From positions 30,849 to 94,848 of the forward strand of contig JAFRTE010000020.1 of NCBI GenBank assembly GCA_017427285.1: 64,000 bases of DNA, read 5' to 3'. Numbering within the stretch: the stretch's first letter is position 1; the number at the start of each line of letters is the position of its first letter. Both the position numbers and the translations under genes were made by a program. Below are positions 38,931 through 45,188 of the stretch, piece after piece. This DNA is from Clostridia bacterium (GTDB taxonomy: Bacteria; Bacillota; Clostridia; Oscillospirales; UBA644). The notes beneath the pieces are model-generated. The model was given only the letters and a program-made list of their open reading frames with translations. It searched no databases and was not told the DNA's origin.

Positions 38931-38959
38931 ATTTTAACCGATTCAACCCGATTTGTCAA
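38931..38959 (-). promoter_or_regulatory. putative promoter of gpx-ohrR operon
   Basis: On the minus strand, TTGACA (38959-38954), a 17-nt spacer, then TAAAAT (38936-38931). Confidence 0.6.
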
Positions 38960-39077
38960 CGGCAGAATGTCAACGTAATTGTGAAAAAACTATAAAATCG
39001 TATTATGGCACAAAAATATGTGAAAAATTGCGAAAGATATGATATATTAAAAGAAAATGAAAAGGCGGACAGGATAA

Positions 39078-39923
39078 ATGAACAGAAAGATCACGCTTCT
39101 TGACGGCGCGGTAGGCACCACGCTCTGGGCAATTGCGGAATCTCACGGCGCAAAAAAGGAGCCGGTATGGAAATATAATATCGATCATCCCGAATTTGTA
39201 AGGGAGCTTACGGAAAAATATCTTGAAGCCGGCAGCGAGATAATACTCGCAAACACTTTCGGCGCAAACGGTCCCGCGGTTAAGTATTCGTCGCCGTATG
39301 ACCCGAAAGACGTTATAACGGCGGGCGTAAACATCGCAAAAGATGTGCTGAAAGGATCATCCGCAAAGCTTTGTATGGCTGTAGGACCGCTTACGCAGAT
39401 ACTCGAACCTTACGGCGACCTCGAAGAGGACGAATGCTTCGCAATTTATGAGGAAATGATCTCCGCAGGCATGGAATCGGGCTGCGAAATGATAATGGTC
39501 CAGACTTTTATGGATCTTGCCATGATGCGCATTGCCGCAACGGTGGCAAAAAGATACGGAGTACCCGTATTTTGCACGATGACTTTTGAAAAAGCGGGCA
39601 AAACCATGTTCGGCAACTCCGTTTCGGACGTTATAGATACGCTCGAACCGCTCGGGATCGACGCGATCGGACTAAACTGCTCTCTCGGCCCCGATCTTGC
39701 GCTGCCAATAATAAAGGAATTTGCCGAAAAAACGACGCTGCCCATAGTTTTCAAGCCAAATGCAGGCAAACCGATACTCAGTGCCGACGGCTCGACTTCA
39801 ACTGCGTACAGCGCGGAGCAGTTTGCGGAGGACATCAAGCCCGCACTCGAATACGTTTCGTATATCGGCGGCTGCTGCGGCTCCGACGCAACATATGTTA
39901 AGGAAATAAAGAAGCTGCTGTAA
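39078..39923 (+). CDS. homocysteine S-methyltransferase family protein
   Basis: ITLLDGAVGT start, ANTFGAN, and a C-terminal GGCCG zinc-binding motif. Confidence 0.8.
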   Translation: MNRKITLLDGAVGTTLWAIAESHGAKKEPVWKYNIDHPEFVRELTEKYLEAGSEIILANTFGANGPAVKYSSPYDPKDVITAGVNIAKDVLKGSSAKLCMAVGPLTQILEPYGDLEEDECFAIYEEMISAGMESGCEMIMVQTFMDLAMMRIAATVAKRYGVPVFCTMTFEKAGKTMFGNSVSDVIDTLEPLGIDAIGLNCSLGPDLALPIIKEFAEKTTLPIVFKPNAGKPILSADGSTSTAYSAEQFAEDIKPALEYVSYIGGCCGSDATYVKEIKKLL

Positions 39924-39950
39924 AGCTGTAAAAGCGTAATAAAAATAATT

Positions 39951-39988
39951 CCCTCTTTGTATTAAATTGCAAAGAGGGTCTATTTTCT
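39951..39988 (+). terminator. rho-independent terminator
   Basis: Stem CCCTCTTTG/CAAAGAGGG followed by TCTATTTTCTG. Confidence 0.75.
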
Positions 39989-40021
39989 GAATGCGGTCAT
40001 AATTATTTCATAATTGTTTTA

Positions 40022-40050
40022 TTGACAAAACGCAATGATTATTGTATAAT
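40022..40050 (+). promoter_or_regulatory. exact-consensus sigma-70 promoter of tRNA-Ser
   Basis: TTGACA (40022-40027), a 17-nt spacer, then TATAAT (40045-40050), about 30 nt upstream of the tRNA. Confidence 0.8.
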
Positions 40051-40079
40051 ATATATCGCCGAAGCAAAAGTGAATATTT

Positions 40080-40167
40080 GCAGGAATATCGAAGCGGTCA
40101 TAACGAGGCGGTCTTGAAAACCGTTTGGCCAAAAGCCACGGGGGTTCGAATCCCTCTTCCTGCGCCA
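40080..40167 (+). tRNA. tRNA-Ser (anticodon UGA), class II with long variable arm, CCA encoded
   Basis: I folded it by hand. Acceptor is GCAGGAA/TTCCTGC. Anticodon arm is GCGGT-CTTGAAA-ACCGT. The variable arm is GGC-CAAAA-GCC. T arm is GGGGG-TTCGAAT-CCCTC, discriminator G, then CCA. It is very similar to Bacillus tRNA-Ser(UGA). Confidence 0.9.
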
Positions 40168-40335
40168 GAATTAAATGACAGCCATTTGGCTGTCATTTAA
40201 TTATTTGTATTGAATATGGGATTCGAACCCGAGAGAGTTTCGGCGTTAAGCAAAGTCTCCTGCGGAGAGTTTGCAGTCGAAATCGCGAAGAGCATTGCTC
40301 TGAGCGGACAGTATGCGAGCAAAGCGAAGCAGACG
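40146..40335 (+). repeat. tandem unit 1 (190 bp): tRNA 3' end + terminator block R1 (40146-40206) plus spacer S1 (40207-40335)
   Basis: It repeats at +190 with 4 mismatches that I found by eye (40207, 40226, 40261, 40328). Confidence 0.9.
40171..40207 (+). terminator. terminator hairpin after tRNA-Ser (copy 1)
   Basis: 13-bp perfect stem TTAAATGACAGCC-ATTT-GGCTGTCATTTAA followed by TTATTT. Confidence 0.8.
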
Positions 40336-40525
40336 TCGAATCCCTCTTCCTGCGCCAGAATTAAATGACAGCCATTTGGCTGTCATTTAATTATTTTTAT
40401 TGAATATGGGATTCGGACCCGAGAGAGTTTCGGCGTTAAGCAAAGTCTCCAGCGGAGAGTTTGCAGTCGAAATCGCGAAGAGCATTGCTCTGAGCGGACA
40501 GTATGCGAGCAAAGCGACGCAGACG
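40336..40525 (+). repeat. tandem unit 2 (190 bp): R2 (40336-40396) plus spacer S2 (40397-40525)
   Basis: R2 is an exact copy of the last 22 nt of tRNA-Ser (TCGAATCCCTCTTCCTGCGCCA) plus the 39-nt terminator region. Confidence 0.9.
40361..40397 (+). terminator. terminator hairpin copy 2
   Basis: Identical hairpin, 190 bp downstream. Confidence 0.7.
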
Positions 40526-40588
40526 TCGAATCCCTCTTCCTGCGCCAGAATTAAATGACAGCCATTTGGCTGTCATTTAATTATTTTT
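40526..40588 (+). repeat. terminal partial unit R3 (63 bp)
   Basis: Exact copy of R2, after which the sequence diverges into unique DNA. Confidence 0.9.
40551..40588. terminator. terminator hairpin copy 3, also positioned to terminate the convergent rubrerythrin operon
   Basis: Identical palindromic hairpin followed by TTATTTTT. It lies 26 nt from the rubrerythrin stop on the other strand. Confidence 0.7.
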
Positions 40589-40613
40589 CAGTTTAATACT
40601 ATTACAGTTTAAC

Positions 40614-41150
40614 TCAATAATTCTCTGCTTTAACTTCGAAATATGCCTGCGGGTGATTGCATACGGGGCAGACGTCGGGAGCGGCCTCGCCGTAGTGGAT
40701 ATGTCCGCAGTTTGCGCATTTCCATACGGTCATCGTCGGTTTTTTGAAAGCTTTGCCCGAATTGATGTTTTCAAGAAGCTTTAAATATCTTGCTTCGTGC
40801 TCTTTTTCAATTGCCGCTACGCCTTCGAAAAGCGCCGCGATGTCGTCAAAGCCCTCTTCTCTTGCGGTCTTCGCAAAATCCGCATACATCTGAGTCCACT
40901 CAAAGTTTTCGCCCTGAGCCGCGGCGAGCAGGTTTTTATCCGTTTTTGCAACGCCGCCGTTAAGAAGCTTATACCAGAGTTTTGCATGTTCTTTTTCGTT
41001 TGCCGAAGTTTCCGCAAAAATGTTGCTTATCTGAACGTAGCCGTCCTTTTTTGCCTGTGAAGAATAATACTGATATTTAACGCATGCCTGAGATTCGCCC
41101 GCAAATGCGGTTTCGAGATTTTTTTCGGTTTTACTGCCTTTGAGTTCCAT
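40614..41150 (-). CDS. rbr: rubrerythrin
   Basis: N-terminal ferritin-like diiron domain (two ExxH motifs: [16 protein letters not shown]) and a C-terminal rubredoxin-like CANCG...CPVC. Confidence 0.9.
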   Translation of the reverse strand: MELKGSKTEKNLETAFAGESQACVKYQYYSSQAKKDGYVQISNIFAETSANEKEHAKLWYKLLNGGVAKTDKNLLAAAQGENFEWTQMYADFAKTAREEGFDDIAALFEGVAAIEKEHEARYLKLLENINSGKAFKKPTMTVWKCANCGHIHYGEAAPDVCPVCNHPQAYFEVKAENY

Positions 41151-41176
41151 TGTTTTTATCCTCCGTTCGTTTTATC

Positions 41177-42700
41177 TTATTTTTCGGTTATAAATCTGTG
41201 CGTGCTTACTCCGTCTATTTCCTCTGCTTTCGCATAAACGACTTCTCCGTCAAAGCCGAGCTTATCCTTTAACTGCGAAAGATGCTTTTTCATATCGGGA
41301 AGGTGCGTTACGGAAATAACCCTTGCTTTGTAAAGCGCGGCGACGGCAATAAATTCGCTTAAGGCGACGGACGCTTCGTCAAACGATGTAGACTGATAAA
41401 CCTCGTTGAAAAGCAGCATGTCGTTCGGCTTTAGCATGTCAAGGAAGCCCGAAACGGTTTCGACCTCTTCTTCAAAACGTCCCTGACCGACGTCGAGAGC
41501 CGTAAAGTATGCGTATACGCCGGCAACGGGCGTGATTACTGCTTCTGTGCAGGGGACGGGCAGAGCCGCCTGTCCGAGCAGCTGAATAATGCCGACAGCC
41601 CTTAAAAATACGGTCTTTCCGGCGTTGTTTTTACCCGTTATGATATACGCCGCGCAGTCTTTGCCGAAAATTGCGTCGTTAGGGACAAGCACGTCGCCGG
41701 GACGTTCGTTTCTGTTTTTCTGATACTGTTTGAGCGAGAACCACAGATCGTATATGTTTTTGCACTCGAATCTGTTGCCTTCCGTGCAGAATTCGGGAAT
41801 GCACATCGGAAGACCGAGCCGCTCGTAAGTACGTTCGAGTATCGCCGCAAAGTCGTAAAAGTAAAATCCGTCGCGTATCTTGTCAAACGGTTTTTTCATC
41901 TGATAAGTTACCGATTCCATAAATGAAACGAGCTTTATCATGCTTCTTTCCGCAAGGAACTGGAGCTGCTGATCGGAATCGACGTCAAAACCGATCGAAA
42001 TAACGGTTTTGTCCTTGTCTTTAAGTACGGGAGTGTCAGGACCGTAATTGTAAGGATCGGAAGTAAGCGCAAACATCTCGCAGTCCAGGATACGGATATA
42101 TTTGTCAAGCTTTGTTAAAATAACGAACGACGTGTTGAGATTGAGCGATTCGGCAAGCTCGGAAGCGACTGCTTTAAGCTCTGCGAATGCGGGATTTTCG
42201 ACCTGCGCATTGACAAATTCGCGCATTTTCAGCATAAGCTCGGAGCGAAGGTCTTTTTTGGCGAGCGTTTTGCCGTACTGTTCGTAAATTTCCTGTATCT
42301 TCAAAATACAGTCGGCAAGTGTCTGGACGGTGAATATGGAGGACTCTCTGTCCGAAGTGGTGGCTCTGCCGCCGGTTGTTGTGATTATAGACGACGCGGA
42401 CGTTTTAACGATCTTGAGCGCGTCTTCAAGCTTGAGATTAAGTCTTTCGATAAGCTCAAACTCGTGAAGAAGCGAAGCGTTTCGTCTGAAATCGTCGAGT
42501 ATCTCTTTTCTCCAGATAAGATTTTCCATATCCTGTTCGGGATGGCTTAAAAGCGCAAACATCTTTTTCTGAAGGATTATATCTACCGTAACGCCGCTTA
42601 CGACCTCGTCAAGCAGCAAGCTTTTCATGGACATTTCAAGCTGTTTTGACGATTCGGTTTTTGAAGGGTTTTTGTAAAGAAGATCAAATTCGGGATACAT
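41177..42700 (-). CDS. MutS domain V-like ATPase, paralog B (no mismatch-binding or Smr domain)
   Basis: Walker A ITGKNNAGKT, Walker B-like MLLFNEVYQSTS, His-loop SVTHL. ATG 42700 lies 1 nt after the upstream stop, with GGGAGG inside the upstream gene. Confidence 0.7.
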   Translation of the reverse strand: MYPEFDLLYKNPSKTESSKQLEMSMKSLLLDEVVSGVTVDIILQKKMFALLSHPEQDMENLIWRKEILDDFRRNASLLHEFELIERLNLKLEDALKIVKTSASSIITTTGGRATTSDRESSIFTVQTLADCILKIQEIYEQYGKTLAKKDLRSELMLKMREFVNAQVENPAFAELKAVASELAESLNLNTSFVILTKLDKYIRILDCEMFALTSDPYNYGPDTPVLKDKDKTVISIGFDVDSDQQLQFLAERSMIKLVSFMESVTYQMKKPFDKIRDGFYFYDFAAILERTYERLGLPMCIPEFCTEGNRFECKNIYDLWFSLKQYQKNRNERPGDVLVPNDAIFGKDCAAYIITGKNNAGKTVFLRAVGIIQLLGQAALPVPCTEAVITPVAGVYAYFTALDVGQGRFEEEVETVSGFLDMLKPNDMLLFNEVYQSTSFDEASVALSEFIAVAALYKARVISVTHLPDMKKHLSQLKDKLGFDGEVVYAKAEEIDGVSTHRFITEK

Positions 42701-42701
42701 T

Positions 42702-44264
42702 TTACTTTTCCTCCCTCTTCTTCTGTATGCGTTCAAGCATCTGCTCTACCGTCATATCGTATTTCAGAAGAATATCTCTTGCAAACGATGAGTTCTGAGT
42801 GCTGAGCGGTACGATCTTGTATAGCCGTTTTCCTGTTTTTTCGTCGTTTAACGCCGTAAGTACGCCGGCGCTGTGCGGTCTGTCCGCCGTTTCCGCGGCA
42901 TAGTCTTTAAGACTGTGAAGGTGCGTTACGAAAAGCCCCGAAATATCGTGTTTGAGCACTTTGTCCACAAGTTCGGTCGAAAGCTTATAAGCGATATCCG
43001 CTTTTGTTGACGAATAAGTTTCGTTGAAAAGCGCAAGACTCTGTCCGTCCGTAACATCCCGCAAAATTCTTTCAACTCTGCCCTGTTCCTCAACAAGTCT
43101 GCCGGAGTTGTCGTTGTATTCCTCAACGGGGAAGTGAGTAAACATGCGCTTCATTATTTTTATCTTCGCCCTTTTTGCGGGAACGTGGCCGCACGCCTGG
43201 AAAAACAGCTGGCAAAGACCGACTGCGGAAAGATAAATCGTTTTTCCGCCCGCGTTCGGGCCGGTGATAAAGAAAAACGAGCTTTTTTCGTAAACGTAGT
43301 CGTTATATACGACCTGATCGGGCGCAAGACCTCTTTTGACAAGGAAAAGACTGTAAAAATCAAGGATATCCGTTGTCTCGGCAGGCGTTGCCTTTACGCA
43401 GGCAAAGCCCTTTTCGTTTATTTCCCTGAAAATTCTCGCAAAGCCGATAACCGCGTCGAGTTTTTTTATCAACCCGAGCCATGCGGTATCGAAAACGTCT
43501 TTGTATTTCTCGTGGAACGTATCGATATTTTTGAAAATATCGTAATATAGAGTGTAAAGCGATTTGAAAACGGGGCGCGTAAACTCTCTCGGCTGATGTA
43601 CTGCCGGCGCATACGCCTCCGAAACGTCAAGCCCGAGTCTGCCGGTAATTCCGGCAAGGTTCATCATAAGCGATTTGTCCTCGGTTTTGGGGATTATGCT
43701 GTTTTCTATATTCTGTCCGCGCGAAAAATATCTGTTTAAGCGTATTTCGCCTATCGTTTCAAGACTTTCGCGAAGACCCGCCATATCTTTGAGTATCGCT
43801 GCAAGCTCCTGTTTTTTGCTGTCGGAATACGCTTGAGAAAGAATTGCTTTTACTGATTCGGAAAGATCGCTTTTGCCCAGCGCTTCCGCGCCGTCCATAA
43901 ATTTCCTGTATACTTCCGTAAATTTCTCTATTATGAGAAATGTTTTCATCGTTGCCATTTCGGGGACGTTTTTAAACATTTTAAGCTCGTAAAGCAGGTT
44001 GAGATCCCACAGATCGGAGCGCAGATCGCAAAACAGCGAGAAAAATCCGTCGTTTTTGATAAGATCGCCGACGATATCCGCGCGGTAAGAGATTATTTCG
44101 CTGTCGCTGCAAAACTGATTGAGTATTTCGAGCGTTGCCTCTTCCTGCTCTTTTGACGAGAGAAAAGCGTTAAGAAGCTCCTCAAGCTGCATGTCAACGG
44201 CAACGCAGTAGTCAAGCGGTTTTACATCCGGCTGAGCTTTTATCGGATCGAAAAACAGTTTCAT
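42702..44264 (-). CDS. MutS domain V-like ATPase, paralog A (domain III-like N-terminus, no domain I, no Smr)
   Basis: Walker A ITGPNAGGKT, Walker B-like LALFNETYSSTK, His-loop FVTHL. The N-terminus carries the MutS core-like segment ISYRADIVGDL. Confidence 0.7.
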   Translation of the reverse strand: MKLFFDPIKAQPDVKPLDYCVAVDMQLEELLNAFLSSKEQEEATLEILNQFCSDSEIISYRADIVGDLIKNDGFFSLFCDLRSDLWDLNLLYELKMFKNVPEMATMKTFLIIEKFTEVYRKFMDGAEALGKSDLSESVKAILSQAYSDSKKQELAAILKDMAGLRESLETIGEIRLNRYFSRGQNIENSIIPKTEDKSLMMNLAGITGRLGLDVSEAYAPAVHQPREFTRPVFKSLYTLYYDIFKNIDTFHEKYKDVFDTAWLGLIKKLDAVIGFARIFREINEKGFACVKATPAETTDILDFYSLFLVKRGLAPDQVVYNDYVYEKSSFFFITGPNAGGKTIYLSAVGLCQLFFQACGHVPAKRAKIKIMKRMFTHFPVEEYNDNSGRLVEEQGRVERILRDVTDGQSLALFNETYSSTKADIAYKLSTELVDKVLKHDISGLFVTHLHSLKDYAAETADRPHSAGVLTALNDEKTGKRLYKIVPLSTQNSSFARDILLKYDMTVEQMLERIQKKREEK

Positions 44265-44267
44265 TTA

Positions 44268-44984
44268 TCAAAATCCTTTCTTCATCTCAACATAATGTTT
44301 CTTTCTCATGGCGCGGCGCGCGGCTTTGAATACCGCCCTCGCTTCCTTGCCCGAAAGCGCGCTTTTTGCGGGTTTGGACGGGAAAAAGCTGTTTGCAACG
44401 GCTATGCCGTAATAGATAGTGTCTCCGTCAACGATATCTATATTGCTTTTAGTCCTTACGAATTTTACGGAAGGATTGATCAGCACAACAGGCACGCACG
44501 ATACGGGCATATCTTTTATCGCGTAGTTTACGCTCGCCGCATATTTAACGAGCCCGACAGGCGATTTTCTTTTGCGTTTATGTACGGTAAAATTGTGAAA
44601 AGCCATCGTCATCGTGCCGATAATACCCTCGTTTTCCGTGGGAGCAAGACCTCGGTGGCTCGATATCTCCCAGTAATCGGGGTCGGAAAACATTACGGTC
44701 GATTTCAGCTTGCGGTAGCTTCTGAGTTTGATAAGGTAAAGCTTGTTTCCCGAAAGAAGCATATAGTCGGGTTTATGATTCCAGAAATGGGGGATAATAA
44801 ACCCCGGCCAGCCGACCTTTGCGAATTTTGCGCCGCAGAAAAGGCATCTGAAAAAAAGAATGATCCTTAATACGATATATCTTGTCAGCGGTATTATAAC
44901 AAAACACAGCAAAGCGACCGTTGTTGCCGAAATGAGGATAACAAGCCCGAAAACCTGAAAAAACGACATCGCCAGAGGCAGCAT
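44268..44984 (-). CDS. hypothetical membrane-anchored protein (weak NERD-like pattern)
   Basis: One or two N-terminal TM helices. The segment KPDYMLLSGNKLYLIKLRS loosely resembles a NERD / PD-(D/E)xK core but lacks the acidic residue. The stop is 3 nt before the next gene. Confidence 0.45.
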   Translation of the reverse strand: MLPLAMSFFQVFGLVILISATTVALLCFVIIPLTRYIVLRIILFFRCLFCGAKFAKVGWPGFIIPHFWNHKPDYMLLSGNKLYLIKLRSYRKLKSTVMFSDPDYWEISSHRGLAPTENEGIIGTMTMAFHNFTVHKRKRKSPVGLVKYAASVNYAIKDMPVSCVPVVLINPSVKFVRTKSNIDIVDGDTIYYGIAVANSFFPSKPAKSALSGKEARAVFKAARRAMRKKHYVEMKKGF

Positions 44985-45019
44985 CTTTATTCAATCTCCG
45001 TTTCATATTGTCTCATTAT

Positions 45020-45048
45020 ATTATATCATATCTTATTTGATAATTCAA
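45020..45048 (-). promoter_or_regulatory. putative promoter of the membrane protein/MutS-like operon
   Basis: On the minus strand, TTGAAT (45048-45043), a 17-nt spacer, then TATAAT (45025-45020). Confidence 0.6.
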
Positions 45049-45111
45049 CAGTTATTTTATGTCATTTATCGTAAAAAGAAAAAAAGAGTTTGGGGTATAT
45101 CCGATTTTATA

Positions 45112-45140
45112 TTGATATTTGGATTTTTTTGTGCTATAAT
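45112..45140 (+). promoter_or_regulatory. putative promoter of the ABC exporter operon
   Basis: TTGATA (45112-45117), a 17-nt spacer ending in TGC, then TATAAT (45135-45140). Confidence 0.6.
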
Positions 45141-45188
45141 TAGACAATGAAAATTCTTGCCTTGTCTGGCGGATAAAGGAACAGGGAT

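Noticed and set aside
38884-39077. Riboswitch (for example SAM) upstream of the homocysteine S-methyltransferase gene
   Set aside because: The region is AT-rich and largely occupied by the divergent gpx promoter and operator. I could not find the conserved helices or core motifs of the SAM, T-box or cobalamin elements.
40080-40167. Selenocysteine tRNA (long variable arm, TGA-containing anticodon loop)
   Set aside because: The anticodon loop CTTGAAA places UGA at positions 34-36 (a Ser UCA reader), not UCA. The acceptor and T stems are 7/5, not 8/5. The nearby Gpx uses Cys, not an in-frame TGA.
40207-40335. Possible tRNA or tRNA pseudogene in the spacer, either on the minus strand (GGGTTCGAATCCC T-arm-like core) or on the plus strand (GCAG... 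ending in the shared CCA end)
   Set aside because: On the minus strand, only 3 bp of T-stem can form, and there is no acceptor partner and no CCA context. On the plus strand, the sequence before TCGAATCCCTC (GCAGACG) cannot pair to form a T-stem, and only 4 acceptor base pairs form. It is at best a decayed or chimeric relic.
40216-40368. A 50-codon ORF (MGFEPERVSALSKVSCGEF...) inside repeat unit 1, with a twin at 40406-40558
   Set aside because: There is no Shine-Dalgarno sequence upstream. The ORF runs through the tRNA-derived block and into the terminator hairpin. All three substitutions between the two copies that fall in the ORF are nonsynonymous (E/G, C/S, K/T), which argues against protein-level selection.
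40146-40588. CRISPR array
   Set aside because: The period is 190 bp and the 'spacers' are nearly identical to each other (4 differences). The repeat is tRNA-derived, and there are no cas genes in the window.
41177-44264. Canonical mismatch-repair MutS or MutS2
   Set aside because: Both proteins are only about 510-520 aa. They lack the N-terminal mismatch-recognition region and any Smr domain, and both have LFNE instead of the Walker B hhhhDE.
39924-45188. Integrase, prophage or genomic island attached to the tRNA-Ser att-like repeats
   Set aside because: The flanking genes are a homocysteine methyltransferase, rubrerythrin and the MutS-like operon. No recombinase, phage or conjugation genes are visible on either side within the window.
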